A stretch of 64,000 nucleotides of DNA from Nannocystis sp. RBIL2 (GCF_026626745.1 NZ_JAPNJW010000002.1:1382151-1446150), one strand, 5' to 3'; positions 37,878-48,494 are shown, numbered from the stretch's first letter. A program made the numbers and translations. Notes: a model not told the origin generated them from the sequence alone.

Positions 37878-39530
37878 TCACTGGCGCACGAACGCCGCCC
37901 GGGCGTACCGCACGCCTCCGGACGTCAGCTCGCCGACCGCGAACACCTGATCCCAGGGGTCGACCGCAGCGCCGTAAACCGCGGACGGGTCCAGGCCCGA
38001 CGAGAACTTGTGCTCGTACGTCAAACCCTTGCGCCCGAGCACGACGCCGCGGAGCGTACCCCCGTCCATCACGACTCCCACGGCGATCACCCCTCCGTGC
38101 GCGCTCACGGCGACCCCTGTCCCGTACGCGGCATCCCCGGCCGCCTCGGGCGACCACCAGATCCGGGCGCCGCTGGCGTCGTAGATCGCGATCTCGATCC
38201 GCTGCGACGTGCCGTCACCCGTCGCGCCGTAGCCGACGACAACCACGCCGTCCGGGTGTGCGGCTGCCCCGAGGTACATGCCTTGCCGCCATCCGCCGCT
38301 TGCCGCCTGCACGACCACTGGGTCGAGTCGCGCACCGGTCTCAAGGGCCAACGGCACGAGGATCCCGCGTGTCTCGTCCCACCAACCATTGTCGTGTTCG
38401 CCGGTGCTCGCGCCGACGACCCAGGCGACGCCGTCCTTGATCACCACGTCGAACGCGAGGTCGTCGAATTCGTGCAGGTTCAGTTGACCATTGGGTCCGT
38501 GGTCCCAGCCCTTCGCGCTCACGACCGCGACGCCCTCCGCGTTCATCCGCCAGATCTTGATGTCCGTGTCGCCGTAGCCCGAGCCGCCGAAGCCGACCGC
38601 GATACAGCCGCTCGCGTCGTCGCTGGCGATGCCCCGCACCGTCGTCCCGGCCTCGGTCGGCATCTCGACGCTCGTCTCGTGGCCTTCCGCGTCGAGCAAG
38701 AGGATCCGCGGCCGCCACTTGCTGTCCGCCTGGCGGACATTCATCGCGACCCAGATCTCGCCGTCCGGCGTCAGCGCGACCGCATCGACCGCGCCCTCGC
38801 GCGAGTCGAGCACAATCGTTCCCTCGGCCCAGACCTCCGCGCCGTCCTTGCCCCGCCGCTTCCGGATCGACGGGCGCGGCGCCCCGTCGACGACGACGGA
38901 ACCGACCTCGATCGCGTCCCCCTCGGGCGTTGCGACGACGCGCCGCGAGGTCGAGCCGCTCGGCCCCAGCCTGGCCCACGCGAGATCGCCGGACGCCGGC
39001 GTGGCGACCTCGAACATCACCGGCGGCCACACGTGCGCGAGCGGCCCGCGCATGGCGGTCACTTCGAGCACGTGCGCGCCGTTGTCGATCGAGCCGAAGC
39101 ACGGCGCGGCGCCGGTCCACACGCCGCCGCCCTGATCGGTGAACGGCTCCAGCTCGGCGCCGTCGAGGGTGGCCCTCACGAGGCTCGCGCCCTCGGTCGT
39201 CACCGTCACCGGCACCGAGCCGGCGAGGTGGACTTTCGCTGGCACGTCGACGCCGAGGATCCGCGGCGGGAGCAGCTCGGCGTCGCTGGCTGTGCTGCCG
39301 GCCTCACCCGTGCTCGTCGCGTCCGTCGTGTCCTCGGGCTCGCCGGTCGCCGGGCTCGGCTCGTCGCTCGAGTTCGCGGGGCCCGTCATCTCCGCCGCTC
39401 CCCCGTCGCTGCTCGCACCTGTCCCGGCGGTCATGTCGTTGGCGAGGAAGTCGGCCCACGACGGCGCGTGATCGACACAGGCGCCGAGCGCGAAGAACAT
39501 GCAGAGGGACACAGCGCGACCGCGGAACAT
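37878..39530 (-). CDS. Lipoprotein with beta-propeller-like repeats (paralog of 34577)
   Basis: Lipobox FFALGAC; repeated blades. Confidence 0.6.
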   Translation of the reverse strand: MFRGRAVSLCMFFALGACVDHAPSWADFLANDMTAGTGASSDGGAAEMTGPANSSDEPSPATGEPEDTTDATSTGEAGSTASDAELLPPRILGVDVPAKVHLAGSVPVTVTTEGASLVRATLDGAELEPFTDQGGGVWTGAAPCFGSIDNGAHVLEVTAMRGPLAHVWPPVMFEVATPASGDLAWARLGPSGSTSRRVVATPEGDAIEVGSVVVDGAPRPSIRKRRGKDGAEVWAEGTIVLDSREGAVDAVALTPDGEIWVAMNVRQADSKWRPRILLLDAEGHETSVEMPTEAGTTVRGIASDDASGCIAVGFGGSGYGDTDIKIWRMNAEGVAVVSAKGWDHGPNGQLNLHEFDDLAFDVVIKDGVAWVVGASTGEHDNGWWDETRGILVPLALETGARLDPVVVQAASGGWRQGMYLGAAAHPDGVVVVGYGATGDGTSQRIEIAIYDASGARIWWSPEAAGDAAYGTGVAVSAHGGVIAVGVVMDGGTLRGVVLGRKGLTYEHKFSSGLDPSAVYGAAVDPWDQVFAVGELTSGGVRYARAAFVRQ

Positions 39531-39554
39531 GGCGACCTCCGAGCGCAGGGGGGC

Positions 39555-40430
39555 TCAGAACGAGTATACGAAGCCGGTGCCGCCGGCGCGCGCTCTCGCG
39601 CGTGAGCCTGCGCGACTCGGCGCGAGCAGGACGGCAACGCTTGTAATTACGCTTACACATCCAACAGCGAGCAGGGCCGGCCATGTCGCATGGAGCCGGA
39701 CATAGCGGTCATCGGCGTCGTGCGCCGCGGCCCGCTCGGCGGCCGTGTACTCGCGGCCCTGCGCGCCGTCGACGATGGCGGCGAGCTCGGCTTCCGCCTG
39801 ATCGCGTCGCACGAGCGCGCCAGCCATGCCCCCGAGCAGGCCGAGGCCGACCCCGCCGAGCACGGAGGCAGCGATCACGCGGCCGCGCGGCCTCCACGGC
39901 GGTCTGTCCTTCGCGCCAGGTTCGGGCGTGCTGTCCTTCGAGCCAGGTTGTGGCGCCGGTCCTTCGGCTCGCGGCCCGGCCGTCCGCGTCGGCCCGGTCA
40001 TCGGCGTCGGCGTCGGCTCGCTCGTCGGCGTCGGCTCGCTCGGCGGCGGCTCGCTCGTCGGCGTCGGCTCGCTCGGCGGCGAGGCACACTTCGCGCCGAC
40101 CTTGCCCACCAGGGCCGCGTCGGTCGCTTCCAGTTCGACCCACGAGGCCCGCTCCTTCTCGCTGGCGAAGCCCCCTCGCGCAAGCAGGCCGCTTGCCACG
40201 TCGAGAGCCTCGCACAGGTGGGCGACGTCCCCCGTCGTCCGGTAGAGAGCGCGCAGGCTGTCGTGGACCCCGTAGAGCGCCGCGGGAGCGTGGACACCCG
40301 GAGCGGCGGCCCGCTCGCGGTGCAGCTTCAGCGCGAGCTCTAGCTTGCCCTCGTTGAAAGCCGCGACGGCCTCGGCCTCGGAGGGCGGCGGGGGGAGCAT
40401 GGTCGACACCAGGACGAGGCGCAGCAACAT
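39555..40430 (-). CDS. Membrane protein with tandem Pro/Thr-rich repeats
   Basis: Start 9 nt after the kinase stop. (PSEPTPTS) repeats are encoded by a 24-bp tandem repeat at about 40020-40090. C-terminal transmembrane helix. Confidence 0.5.
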   Translation of the reverse strand: MLLRLVLVSTMLPPPPSEAEAVAAFNEGKLELALKLHRERAAAPGVHAPAALYGVHDSLRALYRTTGDVAHLCEALDVASGLLARGGFASEKERASWVELEATDAALVGKVGAKCASPPSEPTPTSEPPPSEPTPTSEPTPTPMTGPTRTAGPRAEGPAPQPGSKDSTPEPGAKDRPPWRPRGRVIAASVLGGVGLGLLGGMAGALVRRDQAEAELAAIVDGAQGREYTAAERAAAHDADDRYVRLHATWPALLAVGCVSVITSVAVLLAPSRAGSRARARAGGTGFVYSF

Positions 40431-40438
40431 GGGCTCTC

Positions 40439-41989
40439 CTACCGAGCGAAAAAGGTGTGTTGCCTCTGCCCCTTGGCGACGCGGAGGGCGAAGTGCTCCA
40501 GGGCCTCGCGGATACACCGCGTCTCCGGCGAGTCCGAGGCGACACCTCGAACGCTGGCCGGCTCGCCCGCGGCGATGGTCGTCAAGAGCGGTTCTGCGTC
40601 GATCTTCGCGCGCTTCAGGCAGGCCCGCGCGCGAGCCTCGGCCCGCCGCATGCGGGTCGCCCACGGCTCGGGCCGCGGCGGCTCGGTCGACTCGACGACC
40701 GCGCTCGCGGCCGCCGGCTCGACAACCCGCGACGGCTCAGCCGCGCGCGGCTCGACGGCCGCGCTCGCTACTGCAGGCTCGACGATCCGCGGCGGCTCGA
40801 CGACGGGCGGTGCTACGACCCGCGGCGGCTCGGCGGTGGGCGACTCGACGACCGCGCTCGCCACCGCTGACTCGCCCGGCGCTGCCGCCCGCAGAAGCGC
40901 CACGGTCGCGCCGACGCCGAGGGCGAACGATGCGACCGAGGCCCCGAGGACAAACGGCAGCGACGATCGCTTCGCCGGCGCCGCGAGGCGCGACTGCACG
41001 ATCTCGAGCGCCCGGACCAGCTCGGCCATGCTGCGGTGGCGCTCGGCCACACGCGAGACGCCGCGCCGAAGCTCGAGGACCAGCGGCCCGAGCTCGGGCG
41101 CGAACTCCTCCGCTCGGATCTCGCGGTGGCGGTACACCTCCGGCGCATACAAGCGCCGACCCGTGATCATCTCGTACAAGACCACGCAGACCGAGAAAAC
41201 GTCCGTTCCGGGCGAGACCCTGCCCTCGTTGACCCACTGCGGGCACATGTACGCCGGATTGCCGATCCACTCGGTCTCCGCCGTTCGCCAGCGCTTGCCG
41301 ACCGCGGTCGGATCGCGCAGGTGCGGCTGGTCGTAGTAGTCCGCGGTCAGAAGGGCCGCGCCGAAGTCGATCAGGCGTACGCGCTCGCCTTCGAGGATCA
41401 CATTGTCCGGCTTCACGTCGCGATGGATCACCCCGGCGGCGTGAACCGCCGCCAGCACGCGGCCGAGGTCGATCGCCAGCGCAAGCGCTCGCGCGGGCGG
41501 TATCGTCGTCTCGCGGCGCAAGCGGCCGCGGATCGTCTCGCCCGAAATGATCTGCATGGCGAAGTAGGGCTCGCCCTCGGCGGTCTCTCCTATGTCGTAG
41601 ATCGCCGGGACGCCCGGGTGCCCGATCGCCGCGAGCGCTCGGTATTCCCGCCGAAAGCGCTCCGTGAAGCTCGTGTCCGCATAACTCGGCTTGATCCGCT
41701 TGATCGCCACGTTGCGACAGGCCACGCGATCGTATGCGAGCTGAACGACGCCCATCCCGCCCACCCCGAGCGTTTGCAGCAGCGTGTAACGCTCGGCGAA
41801 GGGGCCGAGCGGCAGACCCGCCACTTCCGCCGCGGCCGGCTCGTCATCGTCGTCGCCGGCTCCCAAGTCGAGCGGCGGGCTCACGTCGAGCGGCGGATCG
41901 AGCAAGCCGAAGGCCGACTCCTGCGGAGCCCGACGAGTGACATCAGCCGGGTCGAGCGGCGGGAACGGGCTATCGGCGAGGACGGTCAA
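40439..41989 (-). CDS. Hanks-type serine/threonine protein kinase with Pro-rich repetitive C-terminus
   Basis: GVGGMGVV, VAIK, HRDVKPDN and DFG motifs. C-terminal 8-aa tandem repeats (VVEPPRIVEP...). Confidence 0.85.
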   Translation of the reverse strand: MTVLADSPFPPLDPADVTRRAPQESAFGLLDPPLDVSPPLDLGAGDDDDEPAAAEVAGLPLGPFAERYTLLQTLGVGGMGVVQLAYDRVACRNVAIKRIKPSYADTSFTERFRREYRALAAIGHPGVPAIYDIGETAEGEPYFAMQIISGETIRGRLRRETTIPPARALALAIDLGRVLAAVHAAGVIHRDVKPDNVILEGERVRLIDFGAALLTADYYDQPHLRDPTAVGKRWRTAETEWIGNPAYMCPQWVNEGRVSPGTDVFSVCVVLYEMITGRRLYAPEVYRHREIRAEEFAPELGPLVLELRRGVSRVAERHRSMAELVRALEIVQSRLAAPAKRSSLPFVLGASVASFALGVGATVALLRAAAPGESAVASAVVESPTAEPPRVVAPPVVEPPRIVEPAVASAAVEPRAAEPSRVVEPAAASAVVESTEPPRPEPWATRMRRAEARARACLKRAKIDAEPLLTTIAAGEPASVRGVASDSPETRCIREALEHFALRVAKGQRQHTFFAR

Positions 41990-42005
41990 GGCGCGCTCTC
42001 CTGCT

Positions 42006-42815
42006 TCACATGGGGGGCGGCAGCGTGGAGTACAGCTTCTCGGGCTCCTGGGGCCCCTGCGACTTCAAGGGCGTATCGCCGGCGAGGTCGTCGCGATCCG
42101 GCCAGGCGACGAAGCCGTGCTCCACCGCCCTGGCCAGGCGATTCTGGCAGCTACAGGCATTGAGCGGATCGACGTGCTCGCAGACCGACTCCAACTCCGC
42201 GCGCAGATCTTGAAGGGCGCGCGTGTAGGCGACGTTCCCGCCGGTCGGCGTGCCGAAGATCGAGTTCGTCTCGTCGCGAGAGAACCCGAGGACCTCACGC
42301 AAGATGAAAGCGGCACGCGGCGCCGGGGCCAGGTTCATCAGGACGGTTGTCAGGCACTTGCGCTGTAGCTCGCGCTGAAGCACGTACAGCCGCCGCACGT
42401 CGCCGCGAATCAGCGGGTGTCCCATCCCGAGCTTTGTCGTCCCGTCGAACCGTCCGAGGCTCTCGTCGAGGTTGAACCCGTCGAACCGTTGGCGAGCGGA
42501 GAACAAGCGGATGAGCTGCCGGAGTCGCCCGAACAAGTCGGGGGCGGGCTGCTCGCGGATGGGTTCGCCCTGCGAGCGCTTCTGGCCAGGCCGCTTGTAT
42601 TCGTGCTGACGCAAGCCGGGGCGCTTGTAGGCGCCGGGCGGGTGGCCCGGCAGCACGTCCGGAGCGTCCGGCTGGAGCATCGCCATGCCCGCCTCACGCG
42701 AGCCAGCCATCCAGGTTGCGAACAGCACCACGAGCGGGTGTTCGGCGGGCGGCCGCTGGGCGGGGGCCTCTTGTTGTGCGGCGGTGCCCGAGGATTCAGG
42801 GGTCGGGGTGGCCAT
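42006..42815 (-). CDS. Sigma-70 region 4 protein (possibly a truncated or rearranged ECF sigma) with Cys-containing C-terminal tail
   Basis: AAFILREVLGFSRDETNSIFGTPTGGNVAYTRA is region 4. No recognisable region 2. Confidence 0.45.
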   Translation of the reverse strand: MATPTPESSGTAAQQEAPAQRPPAEHPLVVLFATWMAGSREAGMAMLQPDAPDVLPGHPPGAYKRPGLRQHEYKRPGQKRSQGEPIREQPAPDLFGRLRQLIRLFSARQRFDGFNLDESLGRFDGTTKLGMGHPLIRGDVRRLYVLQRELQRKCLTTVLMNLAPAPRAAFILREVLGFSRDETNSIFGTPTGGNVAYTRALQDLRAELESVCEHVDPLNACSCQNRLARAVEHGFVAWPDRDDLAGDTPLKSQGPQEPEKLYSTLPPPM

Positions 42816-43246
42816 CGACGTCCGATGTTGCAGCGGAAGCGCGCTTCCGTCCAGCCGGCCGGCCGGCCGGGGAGCGGACGCGCGCCCTGGCTCGGCCAGG
42901 ATGGGCTATCCTCGGCCTATCATCGGTCTATCATCGGGTCAATGCCCGCTTGCGCGCCGCCGCGGCGCGCGCAACCGCTCGGCCGGGCAACTGTTCAGCG
43001 CTTCCTAAAAGTTCGCGGTCGAGGAGCCGGTCACATGTCCATCACGGGCCGGTCCCACGCTGCAGGCGGCGAGCGGGGCGCCCGAGGTCGACGCCGCCTA
43101 CTCGGCCGGGCGCCAGAACCGCGGCGGCTCGGGGATCATCACGCTGGCGCACGCCTCGGACGGCCGCAGGACAGCTGCCGGCGCGCTCTCCCGGCACAAG
43201 CCTGAACCCTTGCGGCAGCGTCGACGCGTCCGGTACCGTCCGCGCG

Positions 43247-43519
43247 GTGTCCTTCCCCCTCACAACCGAGGAATTGGCGAAAATGGCCAACCTCACCGTG
43301 CCCACCATTCGGGAATGGCGAAAGCTCGGGCTCTTCGTCGGGATCAAGACGACGAAGAAGGGCGGAAGCGGTGGGGTGCGGATCTTGTGGGCGGCCTCGG
43401 CTGCGGACCGGGTGGCGGAGATCGTGAAACTCAAGGGCGAGGGGTGGGGAAACGACGCCCTGCGCGAGCATTTCGCAGCGAAGGCAAGAGCACAGGAGAG
43501 CGGTCAAACGGCCCCGTAG
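43247..43519 (+). CDS. Small MerR/excisionase-like HTH protein
   Basis: LTTEELAKMANLTVPTIREWRKLGL. Confidence 0.4.
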   Translation: MSFPLTTEELAKMANLTVPTIREWRKLGLFVGIKTTKKGGSGGVRILWAASAADRVAEIVKLKGEGWGNDALREHFAAKARAQESGQTAP

Positions 43520-43579
43520 AGCGATCGCCGCGCGCGTCGAGTCGCGCTCGTCGCCCTGAACTCACCATCTGTCGCAAGC

Positions 43580-43825
43580 GTGAACATGCGGTTACAGCCT
43601 GGCATCTATCGCCATTACAAGGGAACCGAGTACCGAGTCTTCGGTGTCGCCCGACATTCCGAGACCGAAGAGCAGGTCGTCTTCTACCAGGCGCTCTACG
43701 GCGAACACGGCCTTTGGGTGCGGCCTTTGTCGATGTTCCTGGAGTCGGTCGAGATTGACGGCGAAAGCGTCCCGCGCTTTACCTTGGTCCAGCCCGAGAA
43801 CGACCTGTTCGCGCCGCCGGGCTAG
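43580..43825 (+). CDS. DUF1653 family protein
   Basis: GIYRHYKGTEYRVFGVARHSETEEQVVFYQALYGEHGLWVRPLSMFLE. Confidence 0.7.
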   Translation: MNMRLQPGIYRHYKGTEYRVFGVARHSETEEQVVFYQALYGEHGLWVRPLSMFLESVEIDGESVPRFTLVQPENDLFAPPG

Positions 43826-44149
43826 TGCCGCGACCGGGCCACTTCGAGCCGCCCTAGCGAGTTCTCCGCCACGCTGGCCAGCGAGCTGGTTCCGGCGCGG
43901 GTAGCCCGCCGCCTGCCACTGCAGGGCCCGCGCCTGAGCCGCCGCCGCGACGCCCTGGTCGACGACTCGGACACGCGCGGGGCGATGGGCCCGGAGCGGC
44001 CCGCCCCGGCGTCGTCGTCGACCCGCCGCAGGTCTCGCGCAGCGAGCTGGCGGGTGAGGCGCTGTCGATCCCTCGCCTGCGCTGGTGCTCGGCGAGACCG
44101 GCGTCGGCAAGGAGCGCGTCGCCGGCGAGCTGCACCGCCTCAGCGGCCG

Positions 44150-44215
44150 GCGGGGACCGCTGCTGTCGATCAACTGCAGTACAAATAGCCGCGGGCCCAA
44201 TAGCAGCACGCATCC
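44150..44215 (-). pseudogene. Inverted C-terminal fragment of a paralog of the Cys-rich lipoprotein at 60171-60602
   Basis: The reverse complement encodes ...PTRADACCYWARGYLYC, matching 60520-60590. Confidence 0.4.
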
Positions 44216-44620
44216 GCGCGGGTGGGGTCGGGCAGGTCGACTTGCGCAAGGCTTCGAGGGCCTCAGCGCGCTCGTGCAGCAGGCGCTGGGCAAGGATCCG
44301 CTGTCGGGGGCGTCGTACCTGTTCACGATTCGGCGGCGGACGACGGCGAAGGTGCTGCCCCGCCTGGCGATGAGCCGGCGAAGAAGAAGACGGGGCACGG
44401 ATGTTCGCTACCACGGACAGGAACGTGAGACGCCCGGCGAAAGGGGAAAGGGGCGCTGATCATGGAGGGATATGGCCGGCAGCAGCGGCAATCAGACCGT
44501 CAAACGCAGGTCAGGGGCCTCCGGAAACCGCGGCCTCATGTCGAGCGAGGCGCATGGCGCGGACGAGAGCGAACCGCCAGCGGACGCTGACCACGACGTA
44601 TTCGTGGCGGCCGACCGCAG
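44215..44620 (+). mobile_element. IS66 tnpB internal fragment plus about 350 bp co-duplicated flanking sequence (copy 1 of a segmental duplication)
   Basis: VDLRK-FEGLSALVQQALGKDPLSG with a 1-nt deletion. Duplicated at 60690-61010 apart from a 60-bp indel. Confidence 0.55.
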
Positions 44621-45018
44621 GCGCGTGACCTGGCCACCGCTCGCACGACTGCCCGAAGCACCCACGTCGCTCGGTCTACCGCAGCGCGCGAGCGAGCGCG
44701 CAAGTCAGCGTGACGCCCCGGCCGGGCTCGCGGTCACCGAGGAGCACCTTGCACGCTCGTTCTAGCGGACGCGGACCGTATCGGCGACGATGACAACGTG
44801 TCGTTCAAGACGTTCAAGTGCGGTCGCGACCTCGATCGCCGCCTGCGATCGCCAGACCGGGCCACGGTGCTCGCGGCGCTGGACGAGGCCGAGCGCGCCC
44901 CCCACCCCGCGCTCGAGGATGCCGTGTGCAGCCACCTGCTCAGCGAAGACTTCGAGATCGGAGGTCGGGCTGCCGAGGTGCTCGGCGCGATTCACAGTGC
45001 GGGGAAGCGACCGGAGCA

Positions 45019-45480
45019 ATGGCCGATCGATCTCGGCACGGATGGAGCCCCGAATCCATCGCTGCTACCTTCGATGCAGTCTGGGAGGAGGTGCAGGACG
45101 AGTTGGTCGCGGACGAACCGTCGTCGGCGCCGACGAGCATCGAAGCGATCGAGGTGGCCGTTCGCGAAAAGTTCGCGCCCGAGCGCACGAGCTTGCCACT
45201 CGACTACCGCCGTTACCTGGAGAGTTCGATGCAGCATGGCTGGATCAGCCGCAATGGCATGTTCCACCTGTCGGGCGCCGGCCTCCATCTCAATGGCTAT
45301 CGCCCCGGCATCGTGATCGCCTGGTGGTACGACGATCACTTCGTGTTTCTGGATCCGAGGGAGCAAGAGAGCGCGCTACCCATCAAGTACTACAACATCG
45401 ACGAAGACGAGGATCCGTACGGCGAGTACCCGAGCTTCAGCGTCTGGCTCCTCACCGAGATGCGACGGCGCAGGCCATAG
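45019..45480 (+). CDS. SMI1/KNR4 (SUKH superfamily) immunity-type protein
   Basis: LPLDYRRYLESS...G...HLSGAG pattern, about 150 aa. An upstream HEAT-like segment (44798-45018) lies in another frame and may be a frameshifted N-terminus. Confidence 0.5.
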   Translation: MADRSRHGWSPESIAATFDAVWEEVQDELVADEPSSAPTSIEAIEVAVREKFAPERTSLPLDYRRYLESSMQHGWISRNGMFHLSGAGLHLNGYRPGIVIAWWYDDHFVFLDPREQESALPIKYYNIDEDEDPYGEYPSFSVWLLTEMRRRRP

Positions 45481-45883
45481 CCGTCGCGGGCCGAGAACGC
45501 CCTCGGGGTACTGTAAGGTTTCAGCCCCTCGTCGCAGGCAGCGCTGCCAGCCGCTCGCCGCGTTGCTGTGACACGGCGATGAGGGGCACGGACTCGCAGC
45601 CCATCGGCGGCGAGCCGAAGCGCCTGGCGTCGAGGGTGAAGTCGATCGTCGCGCCGCTGCGCCGCGCCGTGCCGAAGTCGGCGGACGGGGCGCGGCGATC
45701 TGAGCGGCTAACGAGTACACCGTCGGGAACGCGTCGCCGTGCGCATCGATCACGTGGAACATCAAGCGGCTCGCCGACATGGCGGTGAAGCTGCGTCGGG
45801 TCAAGACGATCGAAGCTGCGTCGAGTACGGCAGGCCGTCCGAGACTGCACGTGTTCTTGCACAGGCCGTAGGCGAACCCGCCG

Positions 45884-46270
45884 TCACGCGCCGCGTCGAT
45901 CGCCCGCGGGCCTGTGCCCGCGGGCGAATTCTTGGGGCAAGACGGCGACTCCTGGCTCGCGCAGCGCGGCGCGGGCGGTGAAGCGGAGGTACTGCTCGGG
46001 GTCGACGCCGCAGACGATGCACGTCTCGATCAGCGAGTACATGATCGCCGCGACATGCGTGCCGCGCACCGATCTCGACCCGTAGTGATTCTTGCGCCCG
46101 AGCACCATGCCCCGCAGCGCGCGATCGGTGCGGTTGTTGCTGAGCGGGATCAGCGGGTCGTCGAGAAAGGCCGTCAGGCCGGTCCAGTTGCCCAGCAGGT
46201 AGCCGGGCGCATCCGCGAGCGCGCTGCGCGGGAGCGCCGAGGACGCCCCAACGCCCCAGCGCGCCGAGGT
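45884..46270 (-). mobile_element. IS66 transposase (tnpC) C-terminal fragment
   Basis: GNWTGLTAFLDDPLIPLSNNRTDRALRGMVLGRKNHYGSRSVRGTHVAAIMYSLIETCIVCGVDPEQYL. Confidence 0.65.
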
Positions 46271-46465
46271 CGCCCCATCGCCCGAGATCGCCGAGGTCGC
46301 CGAGGTTGCCGAGGTCCCCGCGGTCTCAAGACCAGACCGAGAGCCAGTACAACGAGGCGCCTCAGGTCGCCGAGGTCGCCGGGGTTATGCCGCCGCTCCA
46401 AGGCGCCAAAGCCCATGTAGCCGAGCCGGCGCGCTCTCTCTCTAAACCTGTCCTTAAGGCGGCTT

Positions 46466-47008
46466 GTGGGCCTTGCAGGTCTGGTGATTGTGTTCGTGGC
46501 CGGATGGCAAGCGGGGCGGCTCCGCGGCGGCGCGGGCGAGGACGAGTTAGCCACCACCGCGGATGCTCCTTTGGAGCCGGCCAAACTTGGAGGCGAGCCT
46601 CTGGTTTCGTCGGTCGTTCCGCCGCCAGTGCCGCCGGCGCCTTTGCCCGAAGCCCAGCCGGTCCCTCCGCAAGGAGATCGCTCGCCGATTCCAGCCGATA
46701 ACCGACAAACGACGCCCCAAGCACCTATGAGAAAGGCTAAGGCCCGCCGCGCTCTCGACCTCGCGGACGAGGCTGAGGCGGTGATCCGACGCAACCTGCC
46801 AAGAGTACGTTCCTGCCAGGGGGCGCCGGACGTGATGGGCCTGCACTTGCGTCTGAAACCCGATACTCCCGCCGCTCTCGTTGCTATTGACGAGGAGGCG
46901 ATCGATCCAGGGCTCAAGTGGCAAACGTGCGTTCGGCGGGTCGTTTCTCTGTTAAATTTCCCGGCGGTTTCGGAGCCGTCTGATATTCGTCTGCGGATCG
47001 AAATCTGA
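46466..47008 (+). CDS. Hypothetical membrane-anchored Pro-rich protein
   Basis: N-terminal transmembrane helix, Pro-rich linker, C-terminal domain; lower-GC codons. Weak call. Confidence 0.3.
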   Translation: MGLAGLVIVFVAGWQAGRLRGGAGEDELATTADAPLEPAKLGGEPLVSSVVPPPVPPAPLPEAQPVPPQGDRSPIPADNRQTTPQAPMRKAKARRALDLADEAEAVIRRNLPRVRSCQGAPDVMGLHLRLKPDTPAALVAIDEEAIDPGLKWQTCVRRVVSLLNFPAVSEPSDIRLRIEI

Positions 47009-47299
47009 TGATTTCGTGTCGAGCTACAGCCGCCTAGCCTTTGGAGGTCACTTCCACGCGAGGGCCGGCTCGTCGGAGAGACGCACGCGGACGATCTGCG
47101 CGCCGATCTCGTGCGGGCGGGCGGTGTCGACGTCGGGTTCACGCCGTGGGCTCGGGAGGGCGCCCTCTTCATCCATGCAACGCTAGAAAATGGTCGATCT
47201 TTTCTAATGTGGGTCTCTCCCCCAATGCCTCGTATCTGGGTCTTAGGAGGCGGAGCTCGGCGAGAGCTTCGTTTACAGCACCAAGCTCGGCGAGAATGA

Positions 47300-47869
47300 T
47301 TGCCGCATTGTAGTGAGCATCAATCTCAACCCATTCGAAACCGAGGCGTTCCGCGTCAGAAGCCACTTTATCCGCAGGCGTCGCCGGCGACCAGGCAGCG
47401 GAGCACCCGCCATGCCCCACTTTGGGTCGCCGCTGGACGGCGCGAGGGCGCCGAGGTGCCGGTGCCCACCGCCGACCCGCCGCGCGGCGAGCTGTTCGCC
47501 GTCGCGCTGCACAACGCGGTCGAGGGCTGCGTGTCCGAGGCGTTCGCGGCGGCGCTCGCGGCTCACCAGGCGCGCCACGCCGGGAGCCCCGAGCTGCGCG
47601 CCGTGTTCGCCGCGATCGCGGCCGACGAGCTGCGCCACGGCCAGCTGGCCTGGGATCTTCACACATGGCTTTTCGGGCAGCTCCCGGCGGAGCAGCAGGC
47701 CGAGGTCCAGGCCGCGCAACTGCGGGCGTTGGCGATGCTGCCCCGCGAGACCTGCGAGACCGCGGCGACAGCTCCGGCCGAGCTCGGCTGGCCCTCGCCT
47801 GCCCGCGCGCGCGTGATGGCCGAAGGGTTCGCCCGCGAGGTAGCGGCCGCGGTGGGCGCGGCCGCCTGA
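47300..47869 (+). CDS. Possible ferritin-like domain protein
   Basis: Paired helices with E/H residues (AADELRHGQLAWDLH). Start unclear; a low-GC TPR-like relic lies antisense at 47170-47400. Confidence 0.3.
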   Translation: MPHCSEHQSQPIRNRGVPRQKPLYPQASPATRQRSTRHAPLWVAAGRREGAEVPVPTADPPRGELFAVALHNAVEGCVSEAFAAALAAHQARHAGSPELRAVFAAIAADELRHGQLAWDLHTWLFGQLPAEQQAEVQAAQLRALAMLPRETCETAATAPAELGWPSPARARVMAEGFAREVAAAVGAAA

Positions 47870-48494
47870 GCGCGGCGAGAGCGACGCGGGTCGGCTCGGG
47901 GAAGGTGGCGAGGGCGGCATGCCGTCCTCGCTGGTGTCCGTCTCGGGATCGAGTCGCGCGCGGCGTTCAGCGGGTACTCCGACGAGCCAGATCGGACCGT
48001 GGTGCTCAGGTCGATCACGACGTCGGCCGGCAGGTTGCCGCGCTGGGTTTCTTTGCCGAACTGAAAGAGACCGTTGAGCCGCACGTAGTAGCCGCCGCGC
48101 CGGTCCCCCGGCCCGCGGCGGTACGCCTCGATCCTCGCCGTCGTCCGCCGGTCCCCGGCCTTGCGTGAGCGATTCAGTATGCAGGCCCATTGCTCCCTTG
48201 CGACGCTGAAATTTGGAACTGGGGTTGGCGGTGCTCGAGCGCAACCACCACGCGATCTGCGGTCGTGCGCGACGGTGCTGCGGGTGGTGCGTGAGGGTGG
48301 AGACCGACGCGGGTATGCGAACTCGCGCTCGGCCCGGCTTTGGAGTGAGGGATTTCGCCATGCAGGCCGCATTGCTCTCTTGTGGCAGTAAAATTAGACC
48401 TGGGTTTGAGGCGACCATTACCCCATTCGTGGCGAGTAGCTTAGGCTCGGCGCAATTTCGCGAATAGGTCGAGAGCGCGCAATAACGATACGGC

